Positions 1-10,812 of a stretch of 64,000 bases of DNA are shown here, piece after piece; position 1 is the first letter of the stretch; every line of letters begins with the position of its first letter. The notes under the pieces are model-generated. The model was not told the DNA's origin, ran no database searches, and worked only from the letters and a program-made list of their open reading frames with translations. The position numbers and the translations under genes are program-made. The DNA comes from an uncultured Alphaproteobacteria bacterium. Lineage in GTDB: Bacteria; Pseudomonadota; Alphaproteobacteria; UBA11222. Location: positions 482 through 64,481 of the forward strand of contig CAMYID010000008.1 of NCBI GenBank assembly GCA_947258435.1, in the 5' to 3' direction.

Positions 1-74
1 TCCCTTCGAAAACCGTAATTTCCTAGCCTGCCAAATCACTTGTCGCCATATCAGCCCACGGCTGCCGCACAGGA

Positions 75-159
75 TGGTGGAGGGGGTTGGATTCGAACCA
101 ACGTAGGCATAGCCAACGGGTTTACAGCCCGTCCCCTTTAACCGCTCGGGCACCCCTCC
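75..159 (-). tRNA. tRNA-Tyr(GTA)
   Basis: Reverse complement reads GGAGGGGTGCCCGAGCGGTTAAAGGGGACGGGCTGTAAACCCGTTGGCTATGCCTACGTTGGTTCGAATCCAACCCCCTCCACCA. It has a GTA anticodon, long variable arm, GTTCGAA T-loop and encoded CCA. Confidence 0.97.
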
Positions 160-433
160 ATCCGGGGCAATTGCACTGCTCCCGCAGCACATACCGCAAG
201 GTCACCCGCCGATTTGCATCGCACAGGCACCAATATAGCAAACACAAACAAAGGCGCGGAGCAAAGCACAGGCCTGCCACGCGCCATGTCTGGGGCAGTC
301 CGAATACGTGCTAACACCTGTCAATGTCAACCCATTTCCGGTGTCATATAGCGGATAAAATATCCGATCCGGCAGCGGCATATGGAAACCGGCACAGATT
401 GCGTCATCTGCAAAGCCACCATATAAAATATCC

Positions 434-1228
434 ATGGTCAGACGCAAGCGCCCCCCCACCCCATCCAGGGTCTCATCCAGCCTGGCAAAGCCAGATAATC
501 ATCAGAACAGGCTCTGGTTATACGGGCTGCATCCTGTCGCCGCCGCGCTGCACAATCCCGCGCGGCGCAAATGGCGGCTTGTTGCAACCGAAAATGGCGC
601 ACACCAACTGAGCGAAGCAATCGCGAAAGCCGGCCTTGGCCCGGAAATCGCGAAACCTGACGCAATCGCGCGTCTGTTGCCCGCAAATGCGGTGCATCAG
701 GGAGTCGCGCTTGCCGTCACCCCCTTGCCCGATATTGATCTGCAAACGCTTGTGGCCGGCAAACAGCCTGAAGCGCGACAGATTCTCTGTATCCTCGATC
801 AGGTGACGGATCCGCATAATGTGGGGGCCGTGCTGCGCTCCTGCGCGGCGTTTGGCGCGGCGGCGCTGATCGTTACCGGCCGCAACGCGGCGGGCGAAAC
901 GGCCGTGCTTGCCAAATCCGCATCCGGTGCGCTTGAACATGTGCCCATGATCAGGGTCACGAACCTTGCGCGGACCCTGGATCAGCTTGCAACGCTCGGT
1001 TTCTGGCGTATCGGCCTTGATTCTGCCGCACAAACGCCGATTGCCAACGCCCCCCTTGACGGGAAAATCGCCCTGGTCCTGGGGGCGGAGGGCAGCGGCA
1101 TCCGCACGCTTACACAGAAAAAATGCGACCATCTTGTCCGCCTGCCCACAGATGCCGGCTTTCCTAGCCTGAATGTATCCAACGCGGCGGCAATTGCCCT
1201 TTACGCGGCAGCTACCGCGAAAAGATAA
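434..1228 (+). CDS. rlmB: 23S rRNA (guanosine-2'-O)-methyltransferase RlmB (SpoU/TrmH family)
   Basis: LYGLHPV, HQGVA, LDQVTDPHNVGA, LGAEGSG and SLNVSNA SPOUT motifs. Confidence 0.92.
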   Translation: MVRRKRPPTPSRVSSSLAKPDNHQNRLWLYGLHPVAAALHNPARRKWRLVATENGAHQLSEAIAKAGLGPEIAKPDAIARLLPANAVHQGVALAVTPLPDIDLQTLVAGKQPEARQILCILDQVTDPHNVGAVLRSCAAFGAAALIVTGRNAAGETAVLAKSASGALEHVPMIRVTNLARTLDQLATLGFWRIGLDSAAQTPIANAPLDGKIALVLGAEGSGIRTLTQKKCDHLVRLPTDAGFPSLNVSNAAAIALYAAATAKR

Positions 1229-1339
1229 ACCGCAGCAAGGCGGAAGGAAGCTGGAAACAGCATGCCAAGCTATCCTACTATCGACCGATAGGATCACACC
1301 CGCCAGTCACAGCGGCAAACACAGCTACAGGGATCGCAG

Positions 1340-1939
1340 ATGGGCAACAGCGCAATTGAACGGCTACTGACGCGGCGGTCGGTGCTTGCACGCAACATGA
1401 CCGAGCCTGGCCCTGACCCCGAACAGACCGCACAGATTCTCACCGCAGCCGCCCGGGTGCCCGATCACGGCAAAATCGCACCCTGGCGTTTTATCCTGTT
1501 GCGCAATGATGGACGTCAGAAGCTTGGTGCGGTGTTGCGCGACGCCTATCGCGATATCGAGGCCGAGGCCAGCGAGGCGAAGCTGGACCTGGAAAGCGGG
1601 AAATTCACCCGCGCCCCGCTTGTTATTGTGGTGGTCTCAAGCCCGCTTTCTTCCCATAAAGTCCCGGTCTGGGAACAGCAGCTATCGTGCGGTGCGGTTT
1701 GCCAGAACATCCTGCATGCGGCCGATGCGCTGGGGTTTGCGGGGCAGTGGATTACTGAATGGTGCGCCTATCATCCGAAAGTGCGCGACGCGCTGGGGAT
1801 CACGGCGGAAGAGCAGATCGCCGGTTTCATCTATATCGGCACAGCAATCGAACCCCCCAAGGAACGCCCCCGCCCCGAATTGCAGGACATTGTCACCGAC
1901 TGGCAGGGAGTCACCGACTGGCAGGGGCCCTTGTCCTGA
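1340..1939 (+). CDS. Nitroreductase family protein (YdjA-like)
   Basis: LTRRS, RVPDHG..PWRF, RAP and QWITEW motifs. Confidence 0.9.
   Translation: MGNSAIERLLTRRSVLARNMTEPGPDPEQTAQILTAAARVPDHGKIAPWRFILLRNDGRQKLGAVLRDAYRDIEAEASEAKLDLESGKFTRAPLVIVVVSSPLSSHKVPVWEQQLSCGAVCQNILHAADALGFAGQWITEWCAYHPKVRDALGITAEEQIAGFIYIGTAIEPPKERPRPELQDIVTDWQGVTDWQGPLS
1892..1926 (+). repeat. In-frame 18-bp-period tandem duplication (VTDWQG x2) at the nitroreductase C-terminus
   Basis: GTCACCGACTGGCAGGG at 1892-1908 and 1910-1926. Confidence 0.9.
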
Positions 1940-1940
1940 C

Positions 1941-2816
1941 ATGTCTGCCGCCAGGCGCCCCGCCAGGAAACAGGATATCCAAGATCTGCTGCGCATAATG
2001 GCGCGGCTGCGCGGGCCGGATGGCTGCCCCTGGGATAAATCGCAGAACTTTGCATCCATCGCCCCTTACACGATTGAGGAGGCCTATGAGGTTGCCGATG
2101 CAATCGCGACAGGCGACATGGCGGCCCTGAAAGACGAGCTTGGCGATCTGTTGCTACAGGTCGTCTACCATGCGCAGATGGCCGATGAGATAGGTGCCTT
2201 CGGATTTGCCGATGTGGTCAGCGCAATCTGCGACAAGATGATCCGCCGGCACCCGCATGTCTTCGGACCAGACCCGCAGAAAGATGGCAATGTGCCAACA
2301 GCCGCCGCTGCCGACCATGGCGCAAATTGGGAAGCAATCAAGGCGGCTGAACGCAATGCGGCGCATGATCATGCGACACCTGCGGGAACACTGGATGCGA
2401 TTCCGCAGGCATTGCCCGCACTGATGCGGGCGGAAAAACTGCAAAAGCGGGCGGCGCGCGTCGGTTTTGACTGGCAATCCGTCACACCGGTGCTGGAAAA
2501 GATTCACGAAGAAACCGGGGAACTTGAGGCGGCAATCGCGCACGCCGCGAAAACCCGGAATACCGCGCGCGCCACCCAAACCGACGCCATCGCGGAGGAG
2601 GTGGGCGATCTCTTGTTTAGCGTGGTGAATGCGGCACGGCATCTCAAGATCGATCCGGAACAGGCGGCCCGCAATGCCAACCGGAAATTCGAGATGCGTT
2701 TTCGCTATATCGAAGCCGCTTTGCGCGACGCCGACCGGTCAGTGGACGAGGCCAGCCTTGAGGAGATGGAGGCACTGTGGCAGCAAGCCAAGGCAGCCCT
2801 TGACCCCGCACGCTGA
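1941..2816 (+). CDS. mazG: Nucleoside triphosphate pyrophosphohydrolase MazG
   Basis: GCPWD, IEEAYEV, DELGDLL, RRHPHVF and EEVGDLLF. Start placed at ATG 1941, just after the nitroreductase stop, not at 1506. Confidence 0.93.
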   Translation: MSAARRPARKQDIQDLLRIMARLRGPDGCPWDKSQNFASIAPYTIEEAYEVADAIATGDMAALKDELGDLLLQVVYHAQMADEIGAFGFADVVSAICDKMIRRHPHVFGPDPQKDGNVPTAAAADHGANWEAIKAAERNAAHDHATPAGTLDAIPQALPALMRAEKLQKRAARVGFDWQSVTPVLEKIHEETGELEAAIAHAAKTRNTARATQTDAIAEEVGDLLFSVVNAARHLKIDPEQAARNANRKFEMRFRYIEAALRDADRSVDEASLEEMEALWQQAKAALDPAR

Positions 2817-2949
2817 TTTCACGGCCGCACCATACCGGATATCCACACTGAATAGCGGGTATCCGCACTGATCTGGCCGCGCCCCGCAAATTCACGATCC
2901 GGACGGTGCGGCTGCCCGGCCGACACTAGGCGGCTGTCAATGCAGAAGC

Positions 2950-3450
2950 CTAGCCGCCATAGAATACCTTTTCGCCAAGGTCCTTCAATTCCAGAATGGC
3001 CTCATCGGGGCGGCCTTCGGGCTCCCGCGCAATATTTGCCGCGGTGACCTGCCCGACCACGATATGGTGATCGCCCTGTTCGACAATTTCGGTCACCTTG
3101 CATTCAACCGACGCAATCGCATTTCTCAGGATGGGCGCACCGTTTCCGCCTGCTGTAAACGGCTCCCCACTGATTTTTTCGCCATCGAGTTCCGCGGGTT
3201 TGAAGAATGTGAAACCAACCCCCTGCTGCCCCTTGCCCAGCATGTTGAGGGCAAATGATCCGGTTTCCCTGATCAGCCCATAGGCACCTGAATCGGTCTT
3301 TACCCCCACCGCCACAAGCGGTGGCTCAAACGCGGTCTGCGTTACCCAGTTGACCGTCGCAGCCGCGATATTGTCCCCCGATTTCGCCGTCAGGATGTAG
3401 ATACCGTAAGGTATCATCCGAAGCGCCGTCTTCTTTGCCGCATCATCCAT
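2950..3450 (-). CDS. Flavin reductase family protein
   Basis: PYGIYILT, EPPLVAV, FALN and GDH motifs. Confidence 0.9.
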   Translation of the reverse strand: MDDAAKKTALRMIPYGIYILTAKSGDNIAAATVNWVTQTAFEPPLVAVGVKTDSGAYGLIRETGSFALNMLGKGQQGVGFTFFKPAELDGEKISGEPFTAGGNGAPILRNAIASVECKVTEIVEQGDHHIVVGQVTAANIAREPEGRPDEAILELKDLGEKVFYGG

Positions 3451-3672
3451 CGTTTCATTCTCCCTGCATAAGCTGCTTGCAAGTTTGCGCGCGGCACCGC
3501 CGGTTCACGCTGCTGCGCACCGCGTCACATCTGTCACCCGCCAGGAGGTAACAGTTATCTTTATCGGTCGAGGTTTCAACGAACGGCCTTGGCTGTCAAT
3601 TGCCGTCATGGCAATTTCCATGGGACAGAAAGACGCAGCGCAATGGCCTTGGCCAGTCAGGCGCGCGGACGG

Positions 3673-6600
3673 TCAGGGCGCGGGGGCGGCACCAGGTGCC
3701 AGGGCTTCGGGAATGGCGGGCGATTCCTGAACCTCGGGTTGCGCGGTGCCCGACGTCGCATCGCCGATATCGAAGATCCGGCGCAGGAAACCCGGCGTCA
3801 GCGCCGACAGCGGATTGACGCCGATCTTTGGATTTTCGGACGGGCCGCTCAGGGTATAGTTGATTGCAAATACCCCTTCATTCTTGCCGCCGGTCAGCAC
3901 CTGTCCCAGAATCGGCAGTTTTCCGAACACACTGTTCAATGTGTAGGCGGGGATAACGGTTCCCTTCATGTTGAACTGGTCTTCCGCCGGGTCATAGGTC
4001 CCGTTCGCAGTAATCCCCAGTGCCGAACCCGATGCATAGGCATCGCTAAAGGTGATCATGGCATCGCGATAGGAAAACGGGACAACCACACGCTCAAAGG
4101 CGACACCGCTGCCCGTCAGCAGGTCACGGATACCGGTCAGCGAGCCGACCGTCAGAATACGGGCCAGCACCGGGGTGTTTCGGACTTTAATAGCCTTGAT
4201 ACTGAGCCGCCCGTCCATTGGCGGGTTGCCGGACTTTTCACGCGGTGCCTTATCGCGAAACACCGCATCGAGAACCAGACTGCCCCCCACCCCGTCACGC
4301 AGCAGATCCAGCGCTTTCAGGCCAAGGCCTGCATCCTGGGCTTCCAGCGTCAGATGCCGTTCCCCATCGACGGGTATCAAATTCACCGCCAGCGGCACAT
4401 CGGGCCGGAAAACCCCCTTTGCCGCCAGCTTCTGAAATGTCCTGCCATCATATGCGCCGGTCGCTGACACATCCTTCAGCCTGACCCCTTGACCGATATG
4501 CAATTGCCCGATTTCGGCATCAAGTCTGTAAGGCAGGGTTTCAGTTTCCGGCACCGTGTCATCGGATTTCAGCAGTTCCGCAAGCGGACCGGAAATATCA
4601 GCCGTCTCGCCGCGCGCGGTAATCTCGTAATGCCCGTCCGGGGCAAGCAGGGCGCGCCCGGACAAATTGTTTTCAGAGCCTAATTGCAGGCGGTCCAGCA
4701 CAATCGCGGCAGGCGGACCGGCGGCGGAGAACACCATGCTCCCGGCGATGTCGATCCCATCCCCGGTCAGTGTCAAACCGCTCAGCCGTGCCGCATTCCC
4801 CCTGTCATCCCCCTTGTCATCGGGCAGCGAAAATCCGAATGTCACTTCCGCCGCCTCACCGGCTGGCTTCCGCCAGCTGAGAGGATCGGCAATCAACCGG
4901 GTATCGGTCAGATTTCCCTGCAGCTTGCCACGAACGATTTTCGTCCCATTGCCCCACATCTGTATCGCAAGATCCGCTGGCCCCGCGACCAGACCAACAG
5001 TCGGAAAGCCCAGCGCCGCCAATTGCGCCTCATCGGCACGGGTGGTTACATCGAATTCACTCGACAAGGTGCCAGGCTGTGCATTGAAAGCCTGACGCCA
5101 GCGAATATCGGCAGCCACGTCCTGAAACCGTGCTTTACCATTCGCTTCCAGACCGTTCCGGTTGACCTGCAGCAGGAACTCGCCCTCCTCCAGCGCCACC
5201 CCGTTCAACATTTCAGGGATACTGATATCCTGCAGATTAGTCGCAGCAGCAAAATTGATATCGTCAAGACGGGTCTGCTTGGCCAGCAGCAAATCAAAAC
5301 GCAGCCTTGTCGCGGCAACTCCGCCAATCCTGTCGGGATCGATCCCGAATTTCGTCGGATATTGCATCGGCTCATAATCGATCAGCCGCAATGTGTCTGC
5401 CGCTGAGCCACGCAGCACAAGCCCCACTGAGGCGGGCTTGTCGGGCAGGTGCAGATCGGTGATCTCCACAATGCCCTCTGAAACCGACAGCCGGTCGAGC
5501 ACGGTGGCCTCTTCCACACGCACGGTGAAATTCCGGCCTGTCATGACGCCCTCGCCGCGCGCGGCCCGCAAGGGCGGCATGGGGCGCATATAATGCGAGG
5601 TGACATCGTGGAATTTCAGCTCCAGACGGATCGCATCATCTGGCAAAGGGCCGACGCCGATCACACCTGCTGGGATATCAGCCTCGATTTCCGCGCGGTC
5701 GATTGTCCCCTCCGCCATATTATCAAGAAACCAGCGACGGGAACCGCTTGCAAGCTGTTCGGGCCAAAGCCGCTTGAAACGTTCCGTCGGCAGGTCGGTC
5801 ACATTTCCCGAAACCCGCAGAGCAGGGCTGTTCCCCGACAACTCCATCTGCGCGGTTGATCGCAGCCGCCAATCCTCGTGCCGTAGGGAAAAACTGTGAA
5901 CGGACAAAATTTTGGCAACTGTATCGTAGGTCAGATCCGCTGATGTCCGATCAAGCGGCACGACGCCGCCCTCGACCTCCGGAGACAGAAAGCGGCCCGG
6001 TCCGCCGACAATTTTCGCACGCACCGACTGCAAAGCGCCGGTCTGCCCCAGCACCAGCCCCACCGTACCGCTGACCGGCAGGCGAAACCTGCTCAGAAAC
6101 TTCAGGCGGTCATTTTCCTGCGCCAGATGATGCGGCTCAACATCCGCGAATGCGATATCGACCCGGGTTTCGCGCAGCATCGGATCAAAGCGCCCGCTTA
6201 GCCCCAATGCCCAGACCTGATCGTCTATTTCGATATTGGTGCCACCTTCCCCAAGGATCCCGCCATTCGCCGCCCGCTCGAATTCAAACCCTGTCTGCCG
6301 GGCGCGCCAGACGGTTCCAAGCCGCGCATCACGGTAAACCACCTGTGCATTGCGGATGGCGAAACTTTGCAGCAAGGCGCCACCGCTATCGGGTGATGAG
6401 GACAGGGCGGCGAAGACACGATTTGTCAGTTCCGAGAACCGGTTGGACGTTGCTGCCGCCTGCGCGCCGGATTCAGGCACTGCGATCCCCAAGCCGAAAC
6501 GACCATCCTCACTGCGAATAAGCGTGATCCACGGCCCCTGCAGGACAATCCGCAACGGAACAAGCTTCCCCGTAAGCAGCCCGCGCGCACTCAGACCCAG

Positions 6601-6894
6601 ATCAAGCCGGGGCACGCGCGCGACCAGGTTATCCGCCTCGTCGCGCACACTGACGCCGGTTACGGTAATCTCAAGTGCGGGACGAAGGTCGCGCCAGTCA
6701 AGCATGGTTTCATCAAACGACCAGCGATAGCCCGGCACGGCCTCGCTCAAAAATGCGGCGAGATAGCCATCGAGAAATTTCAGCGAAACCGGACCGCTCG
6801 CCAAATGCCAGACAAGCAATGTCAGCACGATGGTGAGGATCGCGACCAAAGCCGCCAGCATGCGGCCAAGCAGATGGGTTGAACGTTTCAGCAC
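3673..6894 (-). CDS. AsmA-like/YhdP-type envelope-spanning protein (DUF3971/AsmA_2 C-terminus)
   Basis: 1073 aa with an N-terminal TM helix followed by GPVSL, a repeated beta-rich body, and C-terminal GTVIPAYTLNS..IGVNPLSALTPGFLR typical of alphaproteobacterial AsmA_2 proteins upstream of glnE. Confidence 0.8.
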   Translation of the reverse strand: MLKRSTHLLGRMLAALVAILTIVLTLLVWHLASGPVSLKFLDGYLAAFLSEAVPGYRWSFDETMLDWRDLRPALEITVTGVSVRDEADNLVARVPRLDLGLSARGLLTGKLVPLRIVLQGPWITLIRSEDGRFGLGIAVPESGAQAAATSNRFSELTNRVFAALSSSPDSGGALLQSFAIRNAQVVYRDARLGTVWRARQTGFEFERAANGGILGEGGTNIEIDDQVWALGLSGRFDPMLRETRVDIAFADVEPHHLAQENDRLKFLSRFRLPVSGTVGLVLGQTGALQSVRAKIVGGPGRFLSPEVEGGVVPLDRTSADLTYDTVAKILSVHSFSLRHEDWRLRSTAQMELSGNSPALRVSGNVTDLPTERFKRLWPEQLASGSRRWFLDNMAEGTIDRAEIEADIPAGVIGVGPLPDDAIRLELKFHDVTSHYMRPMPPLRAARGEGVMTGRNFTVRVEEATVLDRLSVSEGIVEITDLHLPDKPASVGLVLRGSAADTLRLIDYEPMQYPTKFGIDPDRIGGVAATRLRFDLLLAKQTRLDDINFAAATNLQDISIPEMLNGVALEEGEFLLQVNRNGLEANGKARFQDVAADIRWRQAFNAQPGTLSSEFDVTTRADEAQLAALGFPTVGLVAGPADLAIQMWGNGTKIVRGKLQGNLTDTRLIADPLSWRKPAGEAAEVTFGFSLPDDKGDDRGNAARLSGLTLTGDGIDIAGSMVFSAAGPPAAIVLDRLQLGSENNLSGRALLAPDGHYEITARGETADISGPLAELLKSDDTVPETETLPYRLDAEIGQLHIGQGVRLKDVSATGAYDGRTFQKLAAKGVFRPDVPLAVNLIPVDGERHLTLEAQDAGLGLKALDLLRDGVGGSLVLDAVFRDKAPREKSGNPPMDGRLSIKAIKVRNTPVLARILTVGSLTGIRDLLTGSGVAFERVVVPFSYRDAMITFSDAYASGSALGITANGTYDPAEDQFNMKGTVIPAYTLNSVFGKLPILGQVLTGGKNEGVFAINYTLSGPSENPKIGVNPLSALTPGFLRRIFDIGDATSGTAQPEVQESPAIPEALAPGAAPAP

Positions 6895-7028
6895 GAAATG
6901 GCCCGCCGCCCCCGACCTGGGTTCATTGCTCGTTCAATATTCTGCACAGAAGATAGATCCTGCGGACAAAAGCGCCTTGATCGACTAGAGTTAGCACAGC
7001 AAACGAAAGCAAGACAGCGGCAGCATGC

Positions 7029-9971
7029 ATGCGTTTTCCCTTTTTAGCAGCGATAACCGACCGACAGAAGCTACCAGCACCATTTGACCAGGCCCAGGCG
7101 GCAGACCGGCTTGCCGAATGGGTTTCGCTGACCCAGTCACACCATGACGGGGTCTTTGATGCGCTTAACGCGGATCCGACCGCCCGGGACCTGCTGACAT
7201 GCCTGTTCGGCACCAGCCCGTTTCTGACCCGGCTGCTGCTACGCCGCCCCGAACATTATCTCGAAATCGCCAAAGACGGCCCCGATACAGTGATGCGACA
7301 GATTGCAACATTGTTGCGCAACACTGTATCGGCGGGCGTTGAGGAAGCCGGTTTGGCAAAAACCCTCCGAAATCTGCGGGCGCAGGCGGCATTGACGGTC
7401 GCCATCGCGGATATTTCGGGCTACTGGACGTTGCAACAGGTGACACAGGCCCTGTCCGATTTCGCGCAGCAGACATTGCAATGTGCAATCGACTGCCTGC
7501 TACTCATGGCGACAGCCGATGGCGACATCAAAATCGCTGACGCCACAAGACCGTCGGATAGTTGCGGCTATGTGCTGCTGGGCATGGGCAAACTGGGGGC
7601 GGGCGAGCTCAACTATTCAAGCGATGTCGACCTGATCGCACTTTACGATCCGGACAGATGCGCCTATTCGGGCAAGCGTAACCTGCGCGATTTCCAGATC
7701 CGCTTCACCCAGAAACTGGTGAAGCTGCTGCAGGACTTCACCGAAGACGGCTATGTTTTCAGAACCGATCTCAGGCTGCGCCCCGATCCCGCCGCGACCC
7801 CCATCGCACTGACGGTCGAGGCGGCTGAAACCTATTATGAAAGCGTCGGCAAGGGCTGGGAGCGCGCGGCCATGATCAAGGCACGGCCCATTGCCGGCGA
7901 TATCGCCGCGGGGCAGGATTTTTTGCGGCATATACGTCCCTTCATCTGGCGCAAGAGCCTGGATTTTGCAGCAATCCATGACGTCAACAACATGATCGGG
8001 CTTATTCATTCCCATCACGGACATGATGCCATTCGAGTTGCGGGTTATAATGTGAAGCTGGGTATCGGCGGCATCCGTGAGATCGAGTTTCTGGTGCAAA
8101 CACATCAACTGATCGCGGGCGGGCGGGAACGGCAACTGCAGACCCCCGGCACGCTGGCCCTGCTTGAGGTGCTGGAAACCCTGGGCAGATTGCCCGGGGA
8201 GGCGAAAGCAGGATTATCTGACGCCTATATATTCCTGCGCACGGTCGAACATCGGCTGCAAATGCTGAATGACGAACAAACGCACAGCCTGCCTGAAGAT
8301 GCGCCCGGACTTGCGCGGATTGCCGCCTTTATGGGCATGCCCGATGACAAAGTTTTCGAGACGACATTACGCCACCATCTGGATTTTGTCGCACGGCAAT
8401 TTCGCACCCTGATGGCAACCGGCCTTGTCCAGCCATCCGATGATGGCGACACGCGCATTCCGCTTGGCACCACGGTCCCGACGGCGGAGACGTTGCGCAA
8501 TTATGATTTCGCCGAACCGGGTCAGGCCCTTGAGATTCTGGCGCGCTGGCGAGCCTATCGCTACCGTGCCTTCCAGACACGCCGCGCTCAGGCGCTGCTC
8601 GATCATCTGACACCGCAGATTCTGGAGGCGCTCGGGGCAACCGCTGACCCTGACGGCGCGCTCAGGCGGGTCGACAGCTTCCTGGCCCTGCTGCCTGCGG
8701 GCATTCAGGTTCTGTCACTTTTCAACGCCAATCCCTGGCTGCTTGAAACCCTGGCCGAGATCATGGGAACAGCTCCGACGCTGGCCGAAACCCTGGCACG
8801 CAATCCGCTGTTGCTTGACGCCATGCTGTCACCCGGTTTCATGCAGGAATTTCCCCAGAAACCGGCACTTGCGGCAGATCTTGCGCGCGCGCTTGAACCG
8901 GCCGCAGACCTTGAAGAGGTCCTGAATCTTTCGCGCCGATGGGCGAATGACCGGAAATTTCAGGTCGGCGTGCAACTGTTATGCGGTCTGATAGACGGGG
9001 AAGATACCGGAACCGCGCTCAGCGACATCGCCGATACTTTATTGACGGCCATGCTGCCGCGCGTCACCGCCGATTTCGCACACCGGCACGGCGAGGTTCC
9101 CGATGGCGGCATGGCCGTCGTCGCGATGGGCAAGCTGGGCGGTTGCGAACTGACATTCTCATCCGACCTTGACCTGGTCTTTATCTATAATGGCAGCGAA
9201 CCATCGGACGGCCCCAAATCCCTAACCGCTGGCCATTATTTCGCGCGTCTGGCGCAGCGCTACATCAATGCGCTCACCGCGCTGACCGAAGAAGGCCAGC
9301 TCTATGAAATCGACATGCGGCTGCGCCCATCCGGAAGACAGGGCCCCATCGCGGTTTCCCTTCAGGGCTTTACCGATTATCAGCAGGATCAGGCGGCCAG
9401 CTGGGAACATCTGGCCTGGACCCGTGCGCGCGTGATTACCGCATCTGATGAACTCGGTCAGCAGATTACAGCCGCTTTGCAGAAAATCATGGCCCGGCCC
9501 CGCGACGGGGCCCTGCTGACAAGGGAAATTGCGCAGATGCGCGAACGGGTCGACAAGGAATTCGGCACCGCCAATCCCTGGAACTTCAAATATGCCCGCG
9601 GCGGCATGATGGATATCGAGTTTGTCGCACAGTTTCTGGTTTTGCGGGAATCGCATCGCCACCCCTCACTGGTCGGTGGCAACACGGTTGCGACATTGCG
9701 GCAATTGCGGTCAGCCTGCGTGCTTGAACCGCAGGATGCAGACACCCTGATTGCCGCAATCACCCTGCAACGGGACGCGCAGCAGATTGTACGGCTCTGC
9801 CTGAATCTCACTCTGGACGCTGCACGCGCGCCCGCTGCCCTGCGCCGGCTGCTTGCCAAGCAAACCGGGCAAACCGACTTTGCCGCCCTGTGTGCGCATC
9901 TGACCGCCATTCAGGCGGAGGCCGCGGCAATCTACCGTAAAATACTGCCCTTTGCCGATGATGCGGGCTGA
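7029..9971 (+). CDS. glnE: Glutamine synthetase adenylyltransferase/adenylyl-removing enzyme
   Basis: Two nucleotidyltransferase repeats (GMGKLG.GELNYSSDVD and AMGKLGG.EL.FSSDLD) plus the RLRP motifs. Confidence 0.95.
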   Translation: MRFPFLAAITDRQKLPAPFDQAQAADRLAEWVSLTQSHHDGVFDALNADPTARDLLTCLFGTSPFLTRLLLRRPEHYLEIAKDGPDTVMRQIATLLRNTVSAGVEEAGLAKTLRNLRAQAALTVAIADISGYWTLQQVTQALSDFAQQTLQCAIDCLLLMATADGDIKIADATRPSDSCGYVLLGMGKLGAGELNYSSDVDLIALYDPDRCAYSGKRNLRDFQIRFTQKLVKLLQDFTEDGYVFRTDLRLRPDPAATPIALTVEAAETYYESVGKGWERAAMIKARPIAGDIAAGQDFLRHIRPFIWRKSLDFAAIHDVNNMIGLIHSHHGHDAIRVAGYNVKLGIGGIREIEFLVQTHQLIAGGRERQLQTPGTLALLEVLETLGRLPGEAKAGLSDAYIFLRTVEHRLQMLNDEQTHSLPEDAPGLARIAAFMGMPDDKVFETTLRHHLDFVARQFRTLMATGLVQPSDDGDTRIPLGTTVPTAETLRNYDFAEPGQALEILARWRAYRYRAFQTRRAQALLDHLTPQILEALGATADPDGALRRVDSFLALLPAGIQVLSLFNANPWLLETLAEIMGTAPTLAETLARNPLLLDAMLSPGFMQEFPQKPALAADLARALEPAADLEEVLNLSRRWANDRKFQVGVQLLCGLIDGEDTGTALSDIADTLLTAMLPRVTADFAHRHGEVPDGGMAVVAMGKLGGCELTFSSDLDLVFIYNGSEPSDGPKSLTAGHYFARLAQRYINALTALTEEGQLYEIDMRLRPSGRQGPIAVSLQGFTDYQQDQAASWEHLAWTRARVITASDELGQQITAALQKIMARPRDGALLTREIAQMRERVDKEFGTANPWNFKYARGGMMDIEFVAQFLVLRESHRHPSLVGGNTVATLRQLRSACVLEPQDADTLIAAITLQRDAQQIVRLCLNLTLDAARAPAALRRLLAKQTGQTDFAALCAHLTAIQAEAAAIYRKILPFADDAG

Positions 9972-10083
9972 TGGGGACATATCGACGACAAAGCCGCGTT
10001 ACAGGGTTTTATCTGCGTGAGAATCCTGCATAATCGGACCGCGCAAACAAGCTTAACGATATCGGATTGCAGGGGACTTTTTC

Positions 10084-10545
10084 ATGTTGGCAGAAGGCGA
10101 GCTGGCACCGGATTTCAGCCTGGATACAGATGGCGGCGGCAGCGTGTGTCTGTCGGATCTGCGCGGCAAGAATGTGGTCGTTTACTTTTATCCGAAAGAC
10201 AGCACACCGGGCTGCACCAAGGAAGCGATCGCCTTTACGGAACTGAAGGAACAGTTCAGCGCGGCCAACACTGAAATTATCGGCGTGTCGAAAGACAGCG
10301 TGAAACGGCACGACAACTTCAAGGAAAAATACGACCTGCAGGTGACGCTTGCTTCGGACGAAGAAGGCAAGATGGTCGAAAGTTATGGCGTGTGGGTGCT
10401 GAAGAAGAATTATGGCCGCGAATATATGGGGATCGAACGTGCCACCTTCCTGATCGATACAAAGGGTGTCATTCAGAAGATTTGGCGCAAAGTCAAAGTC
10501 AAGGAGCATGCGGAGGCTGTTTTGGCCGCTGCTCAGGCACTCTGA
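10084..10545 (+). CDS. bcp: Thioredoxin-dependent peroxiredoxin Bcp
   Basis: YFYPKDSTPGCTKEA motif. Confidence 0.93.
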   Translation: MLAEGELAPDFSLDTDGGGSVCLSDLRGKNVVVYFYPKDSTPGCTKEAIAFTELKEQFSAANTEIIGVSKDSVKRHDNFKEKYDLQVTLASDEEGKMVESYGVWVLKKNYGREYMGIERATFLIDTKGVIQKIWRKVKVKEHAEAVLAAAQAL

Positions 10546-10812
10546 ACGCGCCTGAGCAAACACATTCCCGATGCTGGCGGCACTTATTGATCGACGGCGG
10601 GAAAGGGTTATAAATAGGGGCGGCAAAAGGGCATATGCGGTTCAGAATTTCTTTGCACTTGCCGCTTAGAATTATGCTTTGCAGGCAGCGGTTGACAGCC
10701 CTGCCTCATACCGGCACCGCACTGATAAACAGGTGCGCGGCCAACATAAAAACACCGGTCCCGGAAGACCGGTAATTTGATTTTTAGTGCGGGATAAAGG
10801 TCAAAGCCACCG

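Noticed and set aside
1506-1940. 145-aa N-terminal extension of MazG in the ORF track
   Set aside because: It is an alternative frame of the nitroreductase gene. MazG similarity starts after ATG 1941.
2836-2871. Imperfect 16-bp direct repeat CGGRTATCCRCACTGA downstream of mazG
   Set aside because: Only two degenerate copies between convergent genes, with no supporting context.
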